A stretch of 64,000 nt of DNA. Origin: a bacterium (GTDB lineage Bacteria; UBA8248). Made by a program: the position numbers and the translations under genes. Each line of letters starts with the position of its first letter. The stretch's first letter is position 1. The stretch covers positions 160,001 to 224,000 of the forward strand of contig OZ242260.1 in assembly GCA_965207065.1 (NCBI GenBank). Direction: 5' to 3'. Below are positions 9,466 through 18,933 of this stretch, one piece after another. The notes beneath the pieces are model-generated. The model had not been told where the DNA came from. It saw only the letters and a list, made by a program, of their open reading frames with translations, and ran no database searches.

Positions 9466-11226
9466 CTAAAAGAAAATCTTCACGAAAACGTTGCCGCTCG
9501 TCGTTTCTTCTTCGTCTTTCCTGCTGGTGGAAATCGATAGACTGAACTCGGCGCTCGAGCCCAACGGTGAGCGGAGACCGACTTTCCCCTCCCAGCCAAA
9601 CTTGTCTCTCACGGACGTACTTCGAACGATGTCGTAATCCATTGACGCGCCGACAAACAGGCGGGCATCGGCTTTCACCGCAAATGCACATTCTCCGCCT
9701 GCAATCGCCTGGCCGAGGTAGATGTTTTCTCCGCCGCCTTCATGTGTATAAGCGAGTTGACCGAACCCGCTTAATTCGACCTTGCCAAATTGCTTCTGCG
9801 CGAGCATGGTCAGGGAAAACAGCGTGCGCATCGCCTTTTCATTGTCTTCCGGCGTCGGGTTGAACTTCTTTTTTTTGTTCAGATAGGTGAGCGCGGCCTG
9901 CGGCACGAGCGTAAGGTTTTTATTAAGAATATGTGCCGTATAAGCCGTCGCCGTGAGACCTTGCGTCCGTCTTTGGGTCCCTCCCAGCAACGACTCCCTG
10001 GTATACTCCGTGCCCAAGCCGAAACCGAGCAGACTCTGCGGGGTGAGCAACGTGTCCATCATGACGAGAACGTAACGCGAGTTGGCTTCGAAGAGGCCCT
10101 CGCCACCACTCGATTTGCTGTAGCCTATGTCTATTGCCAAATTCGGCGGATAATCGGGAAGCGCCTCGTCCCCTGCGTTGAGTCCTGTTACTCCGCTCGA
10201 AGTTCGCGCCGGCCTGGCGAAACTGCTCCCGCCCGCAGGACGCAGCTTCTGAACCCGGTTCACCACCGTGCGTGAAAGATAGGCGGAAGCCGCGCGGATC
10301 GTTGCAAGCGTTGCCTCCCTTTCTGAAACATGCTCGGCGCAGCGTCTCGCCGCAGTCGCGTGGCCACGCGCTGCAGTCGCCGCCTCACTTGAATTTTCTG
10401 CCGCATCCGTCGCATCCGTCGTCAGCATACCTGCTTGTCTCGTCGCATCTCGCGCATCATCCGCCGCGCTCTTGGCGGCGTCCGCCGCCTCTCGCGCCGC
10501 GTCCACATGCCGCGCAATGGAAGCAAAACTCTGACCAGTCAGGTAATCTGCCGCCTTGTTCGCCGAAACAGCGGCTGCTCTCGCCGCTTTCGCCGCTTTT
10601 CTCGCCGCCTCCGCCGCCTTCTCCAGGTCATCTGCTGCATTTGCAGCTGCCTCTCTCGCTGCTCTAGCCGCTTGTTCCGCCTCGTCCGCCGCTTTGTCCG
10701 CATTGTCTGCAGCATCTCGGGCATCGTTCACGGCGTTTCGTGCATCATCCAGCGCTCTTTGCGCTTCTGCTAAATCTTGAGCTGTTGGACTCCTTGGCAC
10801 AGTAACTGTTGTTCCATCTGCGGATGCTATGGAGACGACAGTAGCTCCCGCATCCGCTGCTGCATCCGCCGCTGCTCTCGCATCAGCTGCTTCCTTCGCT
10901 GCTTCCGCAGCAGCTTTCGCAGCAGCAGCGGCTTGCTCTGCCTGTGTCGCCGCTGCTTCCGCTTTGTCCTTTTCGCTTTTAACCATCGATGCTTTGCTTA
11001 CTGCTGTTTTTTTCTCTTCGCCTGCCGATTCCGCTTCATTTTGCGCATCGTCCGCAAATGCCACACACTCTTTCGCCTTGGCGACGATGCTACGCGCCTC
11101 ATCGATGATCCTCTGAATCTCGTCGAGGTCGGGAAGGCCCTGCGCGTGAGCGGGCTGGAAGCCGGCAAAGAGCACAAACGTGAAACATATATGCAAAACA
11201 AATACACAACGTGTGAATAGAGTCAT
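9466..11226 (-). CDS. Autotransporter-like protein with Ala-rich helical passenger and C-terminal beta-barrel
   Basis: Signal peptide; Ala-rich region; GLNAGD linker; amphipathic beta-strands ending in Phe. Confidence 0.78.
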   Translation of the reverse strand: MTLFTRCVFVLHICFTFVLFAGFQPAHAQGLPDLDEIQRIIDEARSIVAKAKECVAFADDAQNEAESAGEEKKTAVSKASMVKSEKDKAEAAATQAEQAAAAAKAAAEAAKEAADARAAADAAADAGATVVSIASADGTTVTVPRSPTAQDLAEAQRALDDARNAVNDARDAADNADKAADEAEQAARAAREAAANAADDLEKAAEAARKAAKAARAAAVSANKAADYLTGQSFASIARHVDAAREAADAAKSAADDARDATRQAGMLTTDATDAAENSSEAATAARGHATAARRCAEHVSEREATLATIRAASAYLSRTVVNRVQKLRPAGGSSFARPARTSSGVTGLNAGDEALPDYPPNLAIDIGYSKSSGGEGLFEANSRYVLVMMDTLLTPQSLLGFGLGTEYTRESLLGGTQRRTQGLTATAYTAHILNKNLTLVPQAALTYLNKKKKFNPTPEDNEKAMRTLFSLTMLAQKQFGKVELSGFGQLAYTHEGGGENIYLGQAIAGGECAFAVKADARLFVGASMDYDIVRSTSVRDKFGWEGKVGLRSPLGSSAEFSLSISTSRKDEEETTSGNVFVKIFF

Positions 11227-11619
11227 TTAATAGTCACCTTTCGTAGGATTGAACCAAGTGGCTAAGAGCCGCATTCTCATGGTGTCTTCCTGCTGGTTGT
11301 TTCTTCATATATTCACGCCATACGAGGAATGTGAATCCGGTCGTTTTGCTTTGGAAGGTTTACCTAGATGAAACGCATGCTGTTCAATACGCCAATCTTG
11401 GTAAAATCACCGATGTCATTTACCGTCGCGCCCGACCGGTTCAGATGATTCTATAAATTTCTGTGTTGCTCGTTCTGTCTATTTTGCAGTACTTAAAGTA
11501 TAGGAAGCTGAACGCTGATTCGCGCCCCCAATTTATGGGGGGAAGAGGTGATTTATTGGAATTTTTTCAGTGGCCAGGGAAGGGAGATATTCGGAAAGGT
11601 GGACGACGTCGTTATAGGC

Positions 11620-12789
11620 CTAGGACTGGTTCTGCCTTTGGTCTCGAGTCTCCGGAACGTAGGCCAGCGGCAGCAAAAACCGCATAAGATCTGCCTGCCG
11701 GGAGAGGCCGAGCTTGGTGAGCATGTTCTTTACGTGCCAGCGAATCGTACTTTCCTTTCGGCCCGTCGCCGCGGCGATCTCATGGATGCTCATTCCTTCT
11801 GCCAACAGCACCGCCACCCGGCTCTCCGCCATCGTCAGGCCGAGGGTCGCCCCGGCCATGGCCGGATCGATACGGAGCCGGCTCTCCGGGTCCACGACCA
11901 GAACGAGCGCCGCAACCGGCCAGACGTGAAGGTCCGTCTCCTGCTGAACCACCGGGTTGACGTGCAGCAACAGCGGAAGGGCCGATGCACCACGCCTTAC
12001 CATCGTAGAGCCGCCGATGCTCTGAGCCCCGAACGGCGGCAGCGCACGCTTAAGCAGTCCTTGGAGATTGGCGTTGTCCTCCGATTTGCGGGCGAACAGG
12101 AAACCGCGCTCGTCGAACAGACCATCTCCGGTCCTCAGTAAATCCCGGACACGGTCGTTCATTTCCACGATCCGCCCGCGCCGGTCGAGCTGGATGATGC
12201 CCAACCCGGTGGTGTCTAGCAGCTCCGTGAGGGACGCTCCCAGAGCGCCCGCGCTGGCCAGCGCCTGCCGGACGCTCACGTATAGGCGGATATGGGGCAG
12301 GAGACGGCGGAGCGAGTCGATTTGGGCGGACGACCAGCTGCTGCCGTCAACCGGGTCGTGGACGAACCAGCCAATGCTCAAGCTGTCGGGTCCGTCCAGG
12401 CGCACGTTGATGGTGTTCCGGGCATACACACGGGTCGAGAAATCATTGAATACGACCGAGGTCATCCGCTCCTTCTCGGTGTAGAGGTCGGCCATATGGA
12501 CCAGTTGGCTGTCGGGGCGATGCTGCAGGCGTGGGACACGCTCGTCCAGGGGGTAGTAGACCTCGAAGTACTCACGTTCCCATTCGTGGTGTCGTTGCCC
12601 GTGGTAGAAGAACCCCGCGTAGTAGAACTGGATGTCCTCCCCGGAATCAATATCGCCGATCACGAGGCTGTTGCCGTGCACGCGGAGGATGTCGTCGATC
12701 AGCGCGGAGGCGGTCGGCCAGTGCGTATCGTCCAGCGCCGCCTCTTGCAATGACACCAGGATGCGCTCGAACTTCCCCCGTTCGCTCAT
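11620..12789 (-). CDS. LuxR-type C-terminal HTH regulator with PAS-like domain
   Basis: GLTMAESRVA..G.SI.EIA...TIRWHVK..KLG..RQADL; GIIQLDRRGRIVEMN. Confidence 0.9.
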   Translation of the reverse strand: MSERGKFERILVSLQEAALDDTHWPTASALIDDILRVHGNSLVIGDIDSGEDIQFYYAGFFYHGQRHHEWEREYFEVYYPLDERVPRLQHRPDSQLVHMADLYTEKERMTSVVFNDFSTRVYARNTINVRLDGPDSLSIGWFVHDPVDGSSWSSAQIDSLRRLLPHIRLYVSVRQALASAGALGASLTELLDTTGLGIIQLDRRGRIVEMNDRVRDLLRTGDGLFDERGFLFARKSEDNANLQGLLKRALPPFGAQSIGGSTMVRRGASALPLLLHVNPVVQQETDLHVWPVAALVLVVDPESRLRIDPAMAGATLGLTMAESRVAVLLAEGMSIHEIAAATGRKESTIRWHVKNMLTKLGLSRQADLMRFLLPLAYVPETRDQRQNQS

Positions 12790-13317
12790 GGCAGCGTCCT
12801 CTATAGCGGACTCTCTACCAGTCCATATCCCAATATCACGGGCGGCAGGGTTTTTATTTGTTACCCGTACGCGCCGCTACAATAATGGGCATGAACATCG
12901 CCGTGGCCGAACCGTCTCACCTTCTGCAGGGCGAAATCGACGGCATTGTGTTCGCGCTGCCGGAGCGCGAAAAGTTTTGTCCCGGAAGCGGTAACGAACC
13001 GCATTCCCGGGCCAAAGTCAATTGAACAAATCCGACATCGTATTTCACTTCGCCGGTGTTCAATTCTGCTTCGCTGGCGGTACAGAGGTATGCACCCGTT
13101 TCGCTCTGCATGTTCAGGCCAAATTACAATAATTCAAGTATAGGATATCGCGCGCTTCTTGGCCCCCCAAATATTGAGGGGGTATAGGGAAATCTTTATC
13201 TGTATCTACGGTATTTTCGGGAAAATGGACAAAATCATCACCGCTCTTAGGCTGCTTCTGTTTTCAGTCTTGAATCACTGAGACGTAGGCCTGCGATAGA
13301 ATGAGCCTCACCAGTTC

Positions 13318-13626
13318 GGACTGTATGCCCACTAATATCTGCCGAACGAGGCTGCCGAGCAAATTAGGCCCGTCGTGGAAGAATTGTTCAGCCCAGGCAC
13401 GCCGTTCACAGCACAGCACCTTGCCAAGCTATCAAAGCACTTAGGAGTCCGAAACGGAGACGACGCTGACCACCGGTACTGCGTGTACGACAAGAAAGTA
13501 AAGCGCGCTTTCTACCGACGCGACGGAATACAATACATCATAGAAAAACTTCGGGAAAAACCCGACGACTGCCTTCTGAGATTTGCTTCCAAAGCCACCA
13601 TTCAAGCGCATGAAACCCGAGAATGA
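13318..13626 (+). pseudogene. C-terminal gene fragment, possibly DUF3644/EC042_2821-like
   Basis: 83-aa ORF continues upstream through TAA at 13333 (LYAH*YLPNEAAEQI); family call from memory only. Confidence 0.35.
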
Positions 13627-14137
13627 CCCGTATATGTTACATCCATTTTCTCGTCGGTTAATTGCTCAGGATAATTCGTGAAATTCTCGGTGCAACCTAA
13701 TTTTCTGCACGTAGGACAATATCGTAATTCATGCTTTTATCTTGCCTAGGCAGGTCGCTCTTCAATCAGATGCTTTCATAAAGGCCTCTTGGAAATAATC
13801 CGGGAACACAACCAAATTCCTGGATGGAATAAAGGAAGAAGTACGACCAGAAGTGTGTTCCCACCAAGCATGAATTATCTGCGTCAAAACTACTAACGCT
13901 AGCTGTTAGATACTAGCCTTTTGTTTCCTTATGTAAGTTCAATATCAAAACCTACTCTGGAAAACCTTAGGCATGTTGAATTTTACAATTTAGAATTTGC
14001 TCTACACACCGTTTCATTAGAAAAAAGCGGCAGTGAAGAAGTATTTTGACTCAAAATTATTATGTTCCTATTGATCATGAATCATGAACCTCATGAACCT
14101 TATGAACCATTATATTTATGGGAATTATAAATAAACG

Positions 14138-14166
14138 TTGACAAGAATAGTGAAAGGGTGTATATT
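14138..14166 (+). promoter_or_regulatory. Sigma70-like promoter of the transposase
   Basis: TTGACA-17 bp-TATATT. Confidence 0.6.
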
Positions 14167-14193
14167 GTTCTTATCAGATAAGGAGATAAGGAC

Positions 14194-15132
14194 ATGGCGC
14201 AATCAGCACCCGGCAAGGCCTACCGAAACGGAATCTCGATAATAGAACTCGCTGAAATGTTCCCCGATGAGGATTCGGCCCGGAAGTGGTTTGAATCCCA
14301 GCGTTGGGGCGATCAAAGGTGTTGCCCTCATTGCGGAAGCGTCAAGACGAGCGATGCCTCTCACAAGTACATGCCTTACTGGTGCACCGATTGCCGAAGC
14401 TATTTCAGCGTTCGCACCGGCACGCTCCTTGAATCATCCAAGGTTCCTCTCAAGAAGTGGGTATGGGCAATCTATCTACACCTCACGAATCTCAAGGGCA
14501 TATCCTCGATGAAGTTGCACCGGGATATAGGCGTGAGCCAGCCGACGGCATGGTTCATGCTCCAGCGTATCCGCAAGGCGTTTGAGGATAATGACGATCC
14601 TCCCTTCGGCGGCCCGGTGGAAATGGATGAAACGTATTTCGGCGGCAAGGAGAGGAACAAGCACAACTCGAAGAAGGCGAAGGCCGGACGCGGGCCGGTA
14701 GGCAAGGTCGCCGTTGTAGGCGCGAAGGACAGGAAAACCAACAAGGTGAAGGCCCGGGTGGTGGACAGCGTGGACGGACAGACCATCAGCGATTTCGTGG
14801 ACGAGCATATCCTGCCCGGAGCGGAGCTTTACACCGACAGCGCAACATCCTACAATCGGGTTTCAGGAATCGAGCATCACGCGGTGAATCATTCAGTCGG
14901 GGAGTATGTGAGGGATATGGTTCATACAAACGGCGTGGAAAGCTTCTGGTCGATGCTCAAGAGGGCGCACAAGGGCGTCTATCACAAGATCAGCCCGAAG
15001 CACCTTCACCGGTACGTTGCAGACTTCGCCGGAAAGCACGGCATCCGCCCCCTCGATACAACTGCCCAAATGGCCGCGCTGGTTCACGGCATGAACGGCA
15101 AGCGGCTCAAGTGGCGGGAGTTGATTGCATAG
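14194..15132 (+). CDS. IS1595-family transposase
   Basis: Zn ribbon CPHC..CTDC, HTH, VEMDETY, YTD, HTNGVESFW. Confidence 0.96.
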   Translation: MAQSAPGKAYRNGISIIELAEMFPDEDSARKWFESQRWGDQRCCPHCGSVKTSDASHKYMPYWCTDCRSYFSVRTGTLLESSKVPLKKWVWAIYLHLTNLKGISSMKLHRDIGVSQPTAWFMLQRIRKAFEDNDDPPFGGPVEMDETYFGGKERNKHNSKKAKAGRGPVGKVAVVGAKDRKTNKVKARVVDSVDGQTISDFVDEHILPGAELYTDSATSYNRVSGIEHHAVNHSVGEYVRDMVHTNGVESFWSMLKRAHKGVYHKISPKHLHRYVADFAGKHGIRPLDTTAQMAALVHGMNGKRLKWRELIA

Positions 15133-15135
15133 TGG

Positions 15136-15477
15136 CTAGCAACGATCCTCATCCATGGGATCCTCCTCCTTGGGACCTCCCTCCTTGGGATCCCAATTCA
15201 ACAAATTATGAATACCAATCTCAAGAAGAATATCGCGAATTGAGCCAACTATCTTTTGAACGTATTCATAATTCAGTCCGTGCGATCTTATCTGATCTTG
15301 CTCGCTCTCAATCGTGCGTTCCAAGTGATGCAAAAAGTTCTCGGCAGTTATCTCATCGCGATTTTCAACATAGTCCAACGCATGAATTGTGTGAGTCAGG
15401 TATTTCAGGAATAGCGAGAAAACCAAAGCAATCAATTCAGGTGATACTCCAGATAGCTCATTGTCTTTGTCCATCAT
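15136..15477 (-). CDS. Acidic hypothetical passenger protein
   Basis: ORF with RBS AGGGGA directly after the MTase-HNH stop. Confidence 0.6.
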   Translation of the reverse strand: MMDKDNELSGVSPELIALVFSLFLKYLTHTIHALDYVENRDEITAENFLHHLERTIESEQDQIRSHGLNYEYVQKIVGSIRDILLEIGIHNLLNWDPKEGGPKEEDPMDEDRC

Positions 15478-15486
15478 GCCAGTCCC

Positions 15487-16735
15487 CTATCTCAATTGAA
15501 GTTTCAGTTTCAGGTATTCCATCCCCCGGTCTCCCTTAATCCGGTTGCATGAGCCGCATAGCAGTTGCAGGTTCTCGATGTGATCCGTTCCGCCGTTCGT
15601 GCGGGCGATGATATGGTCAACCTCAAGATGCCGAATCTCGAAATGCGTCGCGCATCCGGCGCAGTTGCCCGATTGCTCGCCGTACAGTGTCTTCTTGTGG
15701 GTTCTGTAATGGGGAATATCGCCCATATCAGTCCGTTGCGGGATATCCGATCTTCGTACAGCGAGACCAAATAGACCGAGTTCATCCCGAAGGCGCATAT
15801 CGACCAAATCCTGAGCCTTTGCAGATACGTCAATCCCTATCCAGTCGCGTACAAGTCTCTCTGCCGCAACACAAGCCGTGGCGCACCCGCAAAACGGATC
15901 TAACACAATATCGCTCCGATTTGATGACGCCTTGATGATGCGCTCTAAAAGAGCAAGAGGCTTCTGTGTTGGATATCCTGTCTCTTCTTTGTTTGTTGAC
16001 GGAAACCATCCCCTGCGGCTGGATAATTGCATGATGTCCGACCATACGCTCGAAAGCGGCATGCCGGGGCTTTCATCAAGGTATTGCCGGAAAACTTCCC
16101 CCTTGCGTGAGCGTGTACGGTAAGCCCTTCCGTGCTCATCGGTATGGCGAAACCAGTCTTTGATGTACTTTTCAGAGTAGGGAGTATTCTGTCGATTGTA
16201 GAGGTGCTTCCCATAATTTGAGGCGTATACAAGGAGGCAATCGTGAACCTTGACAGGCTTCCCCCCCCCCCGCCCTTCCGCCAGACGGCGTTCCGTAGTT
16301 CCATATAATCTCGTTCACGAAATTGTTTCGACCGAAAATAGAGTCCATGACAAGCTTAAGGTAATGACTGGCGAACTGGTTGCAATGCAGATATATGCTC
16401 CCCGTGGGTTTCAATATCCGCTTCATTTCAAGGATGCGATCCGCCATATAGCTCAAGTACGCCTTATCGCTATCCGTCATGGCCGCAAGCAGCACCTGGT
16501 ATAGCTGGGGGTGCTTTGCCTCGATGAGGTTGATACCCTCGGTGTCCAGGTCGCTGAGAGTCCATATATCCTTGAACTCGGCGCCCTCGGCAGGGCTTCC
16601 TATCGGCGCGGCGTAGTTGGCATTTGAGTTGAAGGGTGGATCAAGATATATCAGGTCAACGGATGCGGAGTTCATCCCCCGCATGATGGGCAGGTTGTCC
16701 CCGGCCCATATTGTTCGATTCGCCCAGTTCTTCAT
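15487..16735 (-). pseudogene. Beta-class N6A/N4C DNA methyltransferase fused to an HNH nuclease, +1 frameshift at a G11 tract
   Basis: IYLDPPF, YPTQKP, DPFCGCAT, CAGC..VDHI..GG..NLQLLC..CN..K; removing one G at 16261-16271 gives a 415-aa ORF. Confidence 0.88.
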
Positions 16736-16907
16736 GGGCAGAGAATACGTGATTAATCTGGAGGCGTCAACGCTTCTTTATAATTCCCATATTTATAGTT
16801 CTTTATACTATGTATAACTATATTATTTTTCTTAAAGTAATATAGACCTAATGGTTCATATGGTTCAAAAGTATTGATTTTATTATGTTTAATTGATTTT
16901 TTATGGT

Positions 16908-18425
16908 TCATTCATGGTTCATAAATGAACCCTTTTGGGGCAATTCAGGCTTGACCCAAATGTTTCCTTTGGCGGTATGTTTCTTTTCCCACCCACATTT
17001 CTTCAGATATGAACCCAAACGCTTCGCTGACATCGTGCTGTATCCTTGGTGCTCATCGAATAGTTTCTTGTTGATTTCGGATATCTTCATGCGAGTTTTG
17101 GGGTCGATTTGGCTTGAAAATTTTTCTATTATTTCAAACGTAATATCATCACGATATGCATTTTTCTGATTGATCGTTGCTTGTTTTTCGCTGATTAGTT
17201 TCATCTTGTCATACGCACGTCCACCGTTAAGATATTCATCATAAGCGTCGCTGATGCATTGTTTGATTCTTTGGTTATCGGTGATGGTCTCGTATTGGCA
17301 ATCTTCTTTGTTTGACCCTATCTCCACGATGACGAAGCGCCGGTTGTCCCATTCATCATCCATAATGGGAAATTCCGCATCCGTGGTTCCGATGATCATG
17401 GTGGTTCTGGGAGAAACAGATGTGTATTTGTCGAATTTCTTATCGTATGTATCCGTGCTGGAGGTGATGAAGGACTTGAGTTTTTCAAGTTCCGCTTTCT
17501 TCATGCCCATCAATTCGTTGTTTTCCACGAACATTTTTCCCGAAATGCTCATCACAAGAGATCGATATTGTTCGTGAAAATTGAAGTTGTTGTTGATGAA
17601 TTCGGACCGTAATTCGAAATCTGAAGGCAACAAATTGCCCACAAAAATTGATTTACCGATACCACCCGCCCCTTTCAAGATTGGGATGTAATCCATTTTG
17701 CAGCCAGGATTGAGCATCCGTTCGATAGCGCCGAGATAGAGATACCTGCCAACCACCCGGTTGTAATTGTTGTCTTCCACGCCGAAACAATCGATCAGGC
17801 ACCTTTCATGGTATAGATCACCCGATGGCCCCATTTCCTCATGTATGGACTTGATATATTCCTCCATCACATTCTTTTGGTTATCCAGCGCCATGCTTTC
17901 CACGGCATCACGCATCATCACACTCGAGAATTCCGCTTCGGATAAATTTTTACCGTGATTAAATTTGAATTTTCGTGCGATTTCAGCACGAAGTTGCAAG
18001 ACATGGTCATCACTTAGACGAGAGGTTTTTCCTTCCCTTTGGATATATATGGTGCCTGAAACAACATCTTTGAATAGACGCACATCCAGCTGCCGCAGGG
18101 CATCTTTCGCTCCCGACATTTTTTTCTTCAAGATGTTCTCACCATCATTCCCGGTGCTATCTTTGGCATTTATTTGTTTCTGGTGTGTCTCCGCATCAAG
18201 CCAAATTTGTTGTAATTCCTCATCGGAAAAACACTGATACCCATCCGAATTTTCCTTGTTCAATTTGAGAAACGATGCTTTGAAATCATTCAAATTGGCC
18301 TGTGGAATTGTTCCTTCCAGATGTTTCTTCCATACCTCATTGGTGGATGCAACTAGTTCGGTGTGTAGTATGGTTTTTTCGAAGTTTGTTTCGGGGTGTG
18401 TTTGTGTTTCTGCGTTGTTCGACAT
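16908..18425 (-). CDS. Virulence-associated E (VapE/VirE)-like P-loop helicase
   Basis: PGCKMDY..ILKGAGGIGKS Walker A, LKSFITS, IGTTD, NRRF; RBS AAGGAG. Confidence 0.87.
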   Translation of the reverse strand: MSNNAETQTHPETNFEKTILHTELVASTNEVWKKHLEGTIPQANLNDFKASFLKLNKENSDGYQCFSDEELQQIWLDAETHQKQINAKDSTGNDGENILKKKMSGAKDALRQLDVRLFKDVVSGTIYIQREGKTSRLSDDHVLQLRAEIARKFKFNHGKNLSEAEFSSVMMRDAVESMALDNQKNVMEEYIKSIHEEMGPSGDLYHERCLIDCFGVEDNNYNRVVGRYLYLGAIERMLNPGCKMDYIPILKGAGGIGKSIFVGNLLPSDFELRSEFINNNFNFHEQYRSLVMSISGKMFVENNELMGMKKAELEKLKSFITSSTDTYDKKFDKYTSVSPRTTMIIGTTDAEFPIMDDEWDNRRFVIVEIGSNKEDCQYETITDNQRIKQCISDAYDEYLNGGRAYDKMKLISEKQATINQKNAYRDDITFEIIEKFSSQIDPKTRMKISEINKKLFDEHQGYSTMSAKRLGSYLKKCGWEKKHTAKGNIWVKPELPQKGSFMNHE

Positions 18426-18933
18426 AATTCTTTCTCCTTGAAATGGGTTGAAAAGTGTCTTGTCTCGTTGTCATTCAGGTTTTTTGCGGTTGGGGAGTGT
18501 GCCCACCCCCCAACCAAACCCAAATCAAGAAGTCAAGACAGGAGTATTTATCAATTTTGAATTTTCACGATGTATTTCTGAAAATCATCACAAATGAGGA
18601 CAGCGGGAATTCGGTATCGGCTTCGTCGGTTATCTGTCAGGGAGCATTTCCAAGAGTAGGATTTTGCTGCGCCCTGCAAATCAACAAATGCTTGATATCA
18701 CGCAAATGTTCATGTTGCTTCATGGTGATTTCCTCGAACTCTCAAAATTATTCAGATGTCCTGGTCACTACATTTATGCACGTATTCAAAGAGCACGAGG
18801 AAATCTTGAACTGTCCATCTTCTTCGCCCATTACTATTTGTGCGTTGAGTCATCATCAAATTAATTCGCCAACTACCTACTCATATGTCAACGACCCAAA
18901 CGACCGATCCATGTGTCAGAAAGTGAGGATCGT

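Larger units (their letters stand above)
14120..16788 (+). mobile_element. IS1595-family element with passenger genes (2669 bp)
   Basis: TIRs GGGAATTATAAATAAACGTTGAC / GGGAATTATAAAGAAGCGTTGAC; 8-bp target duplication ATATTTAT at 14112-14119 and 16789-16796. Confidence 0.93.
14077..16931. other. Putative iteron-type replication origin split by the IS1595 element
   Basis: ATGAACC copies on the left and GGTTCAT copies on the right of an AT-rich core at the 3' end of the helicase gene. Confidence 0.6.
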
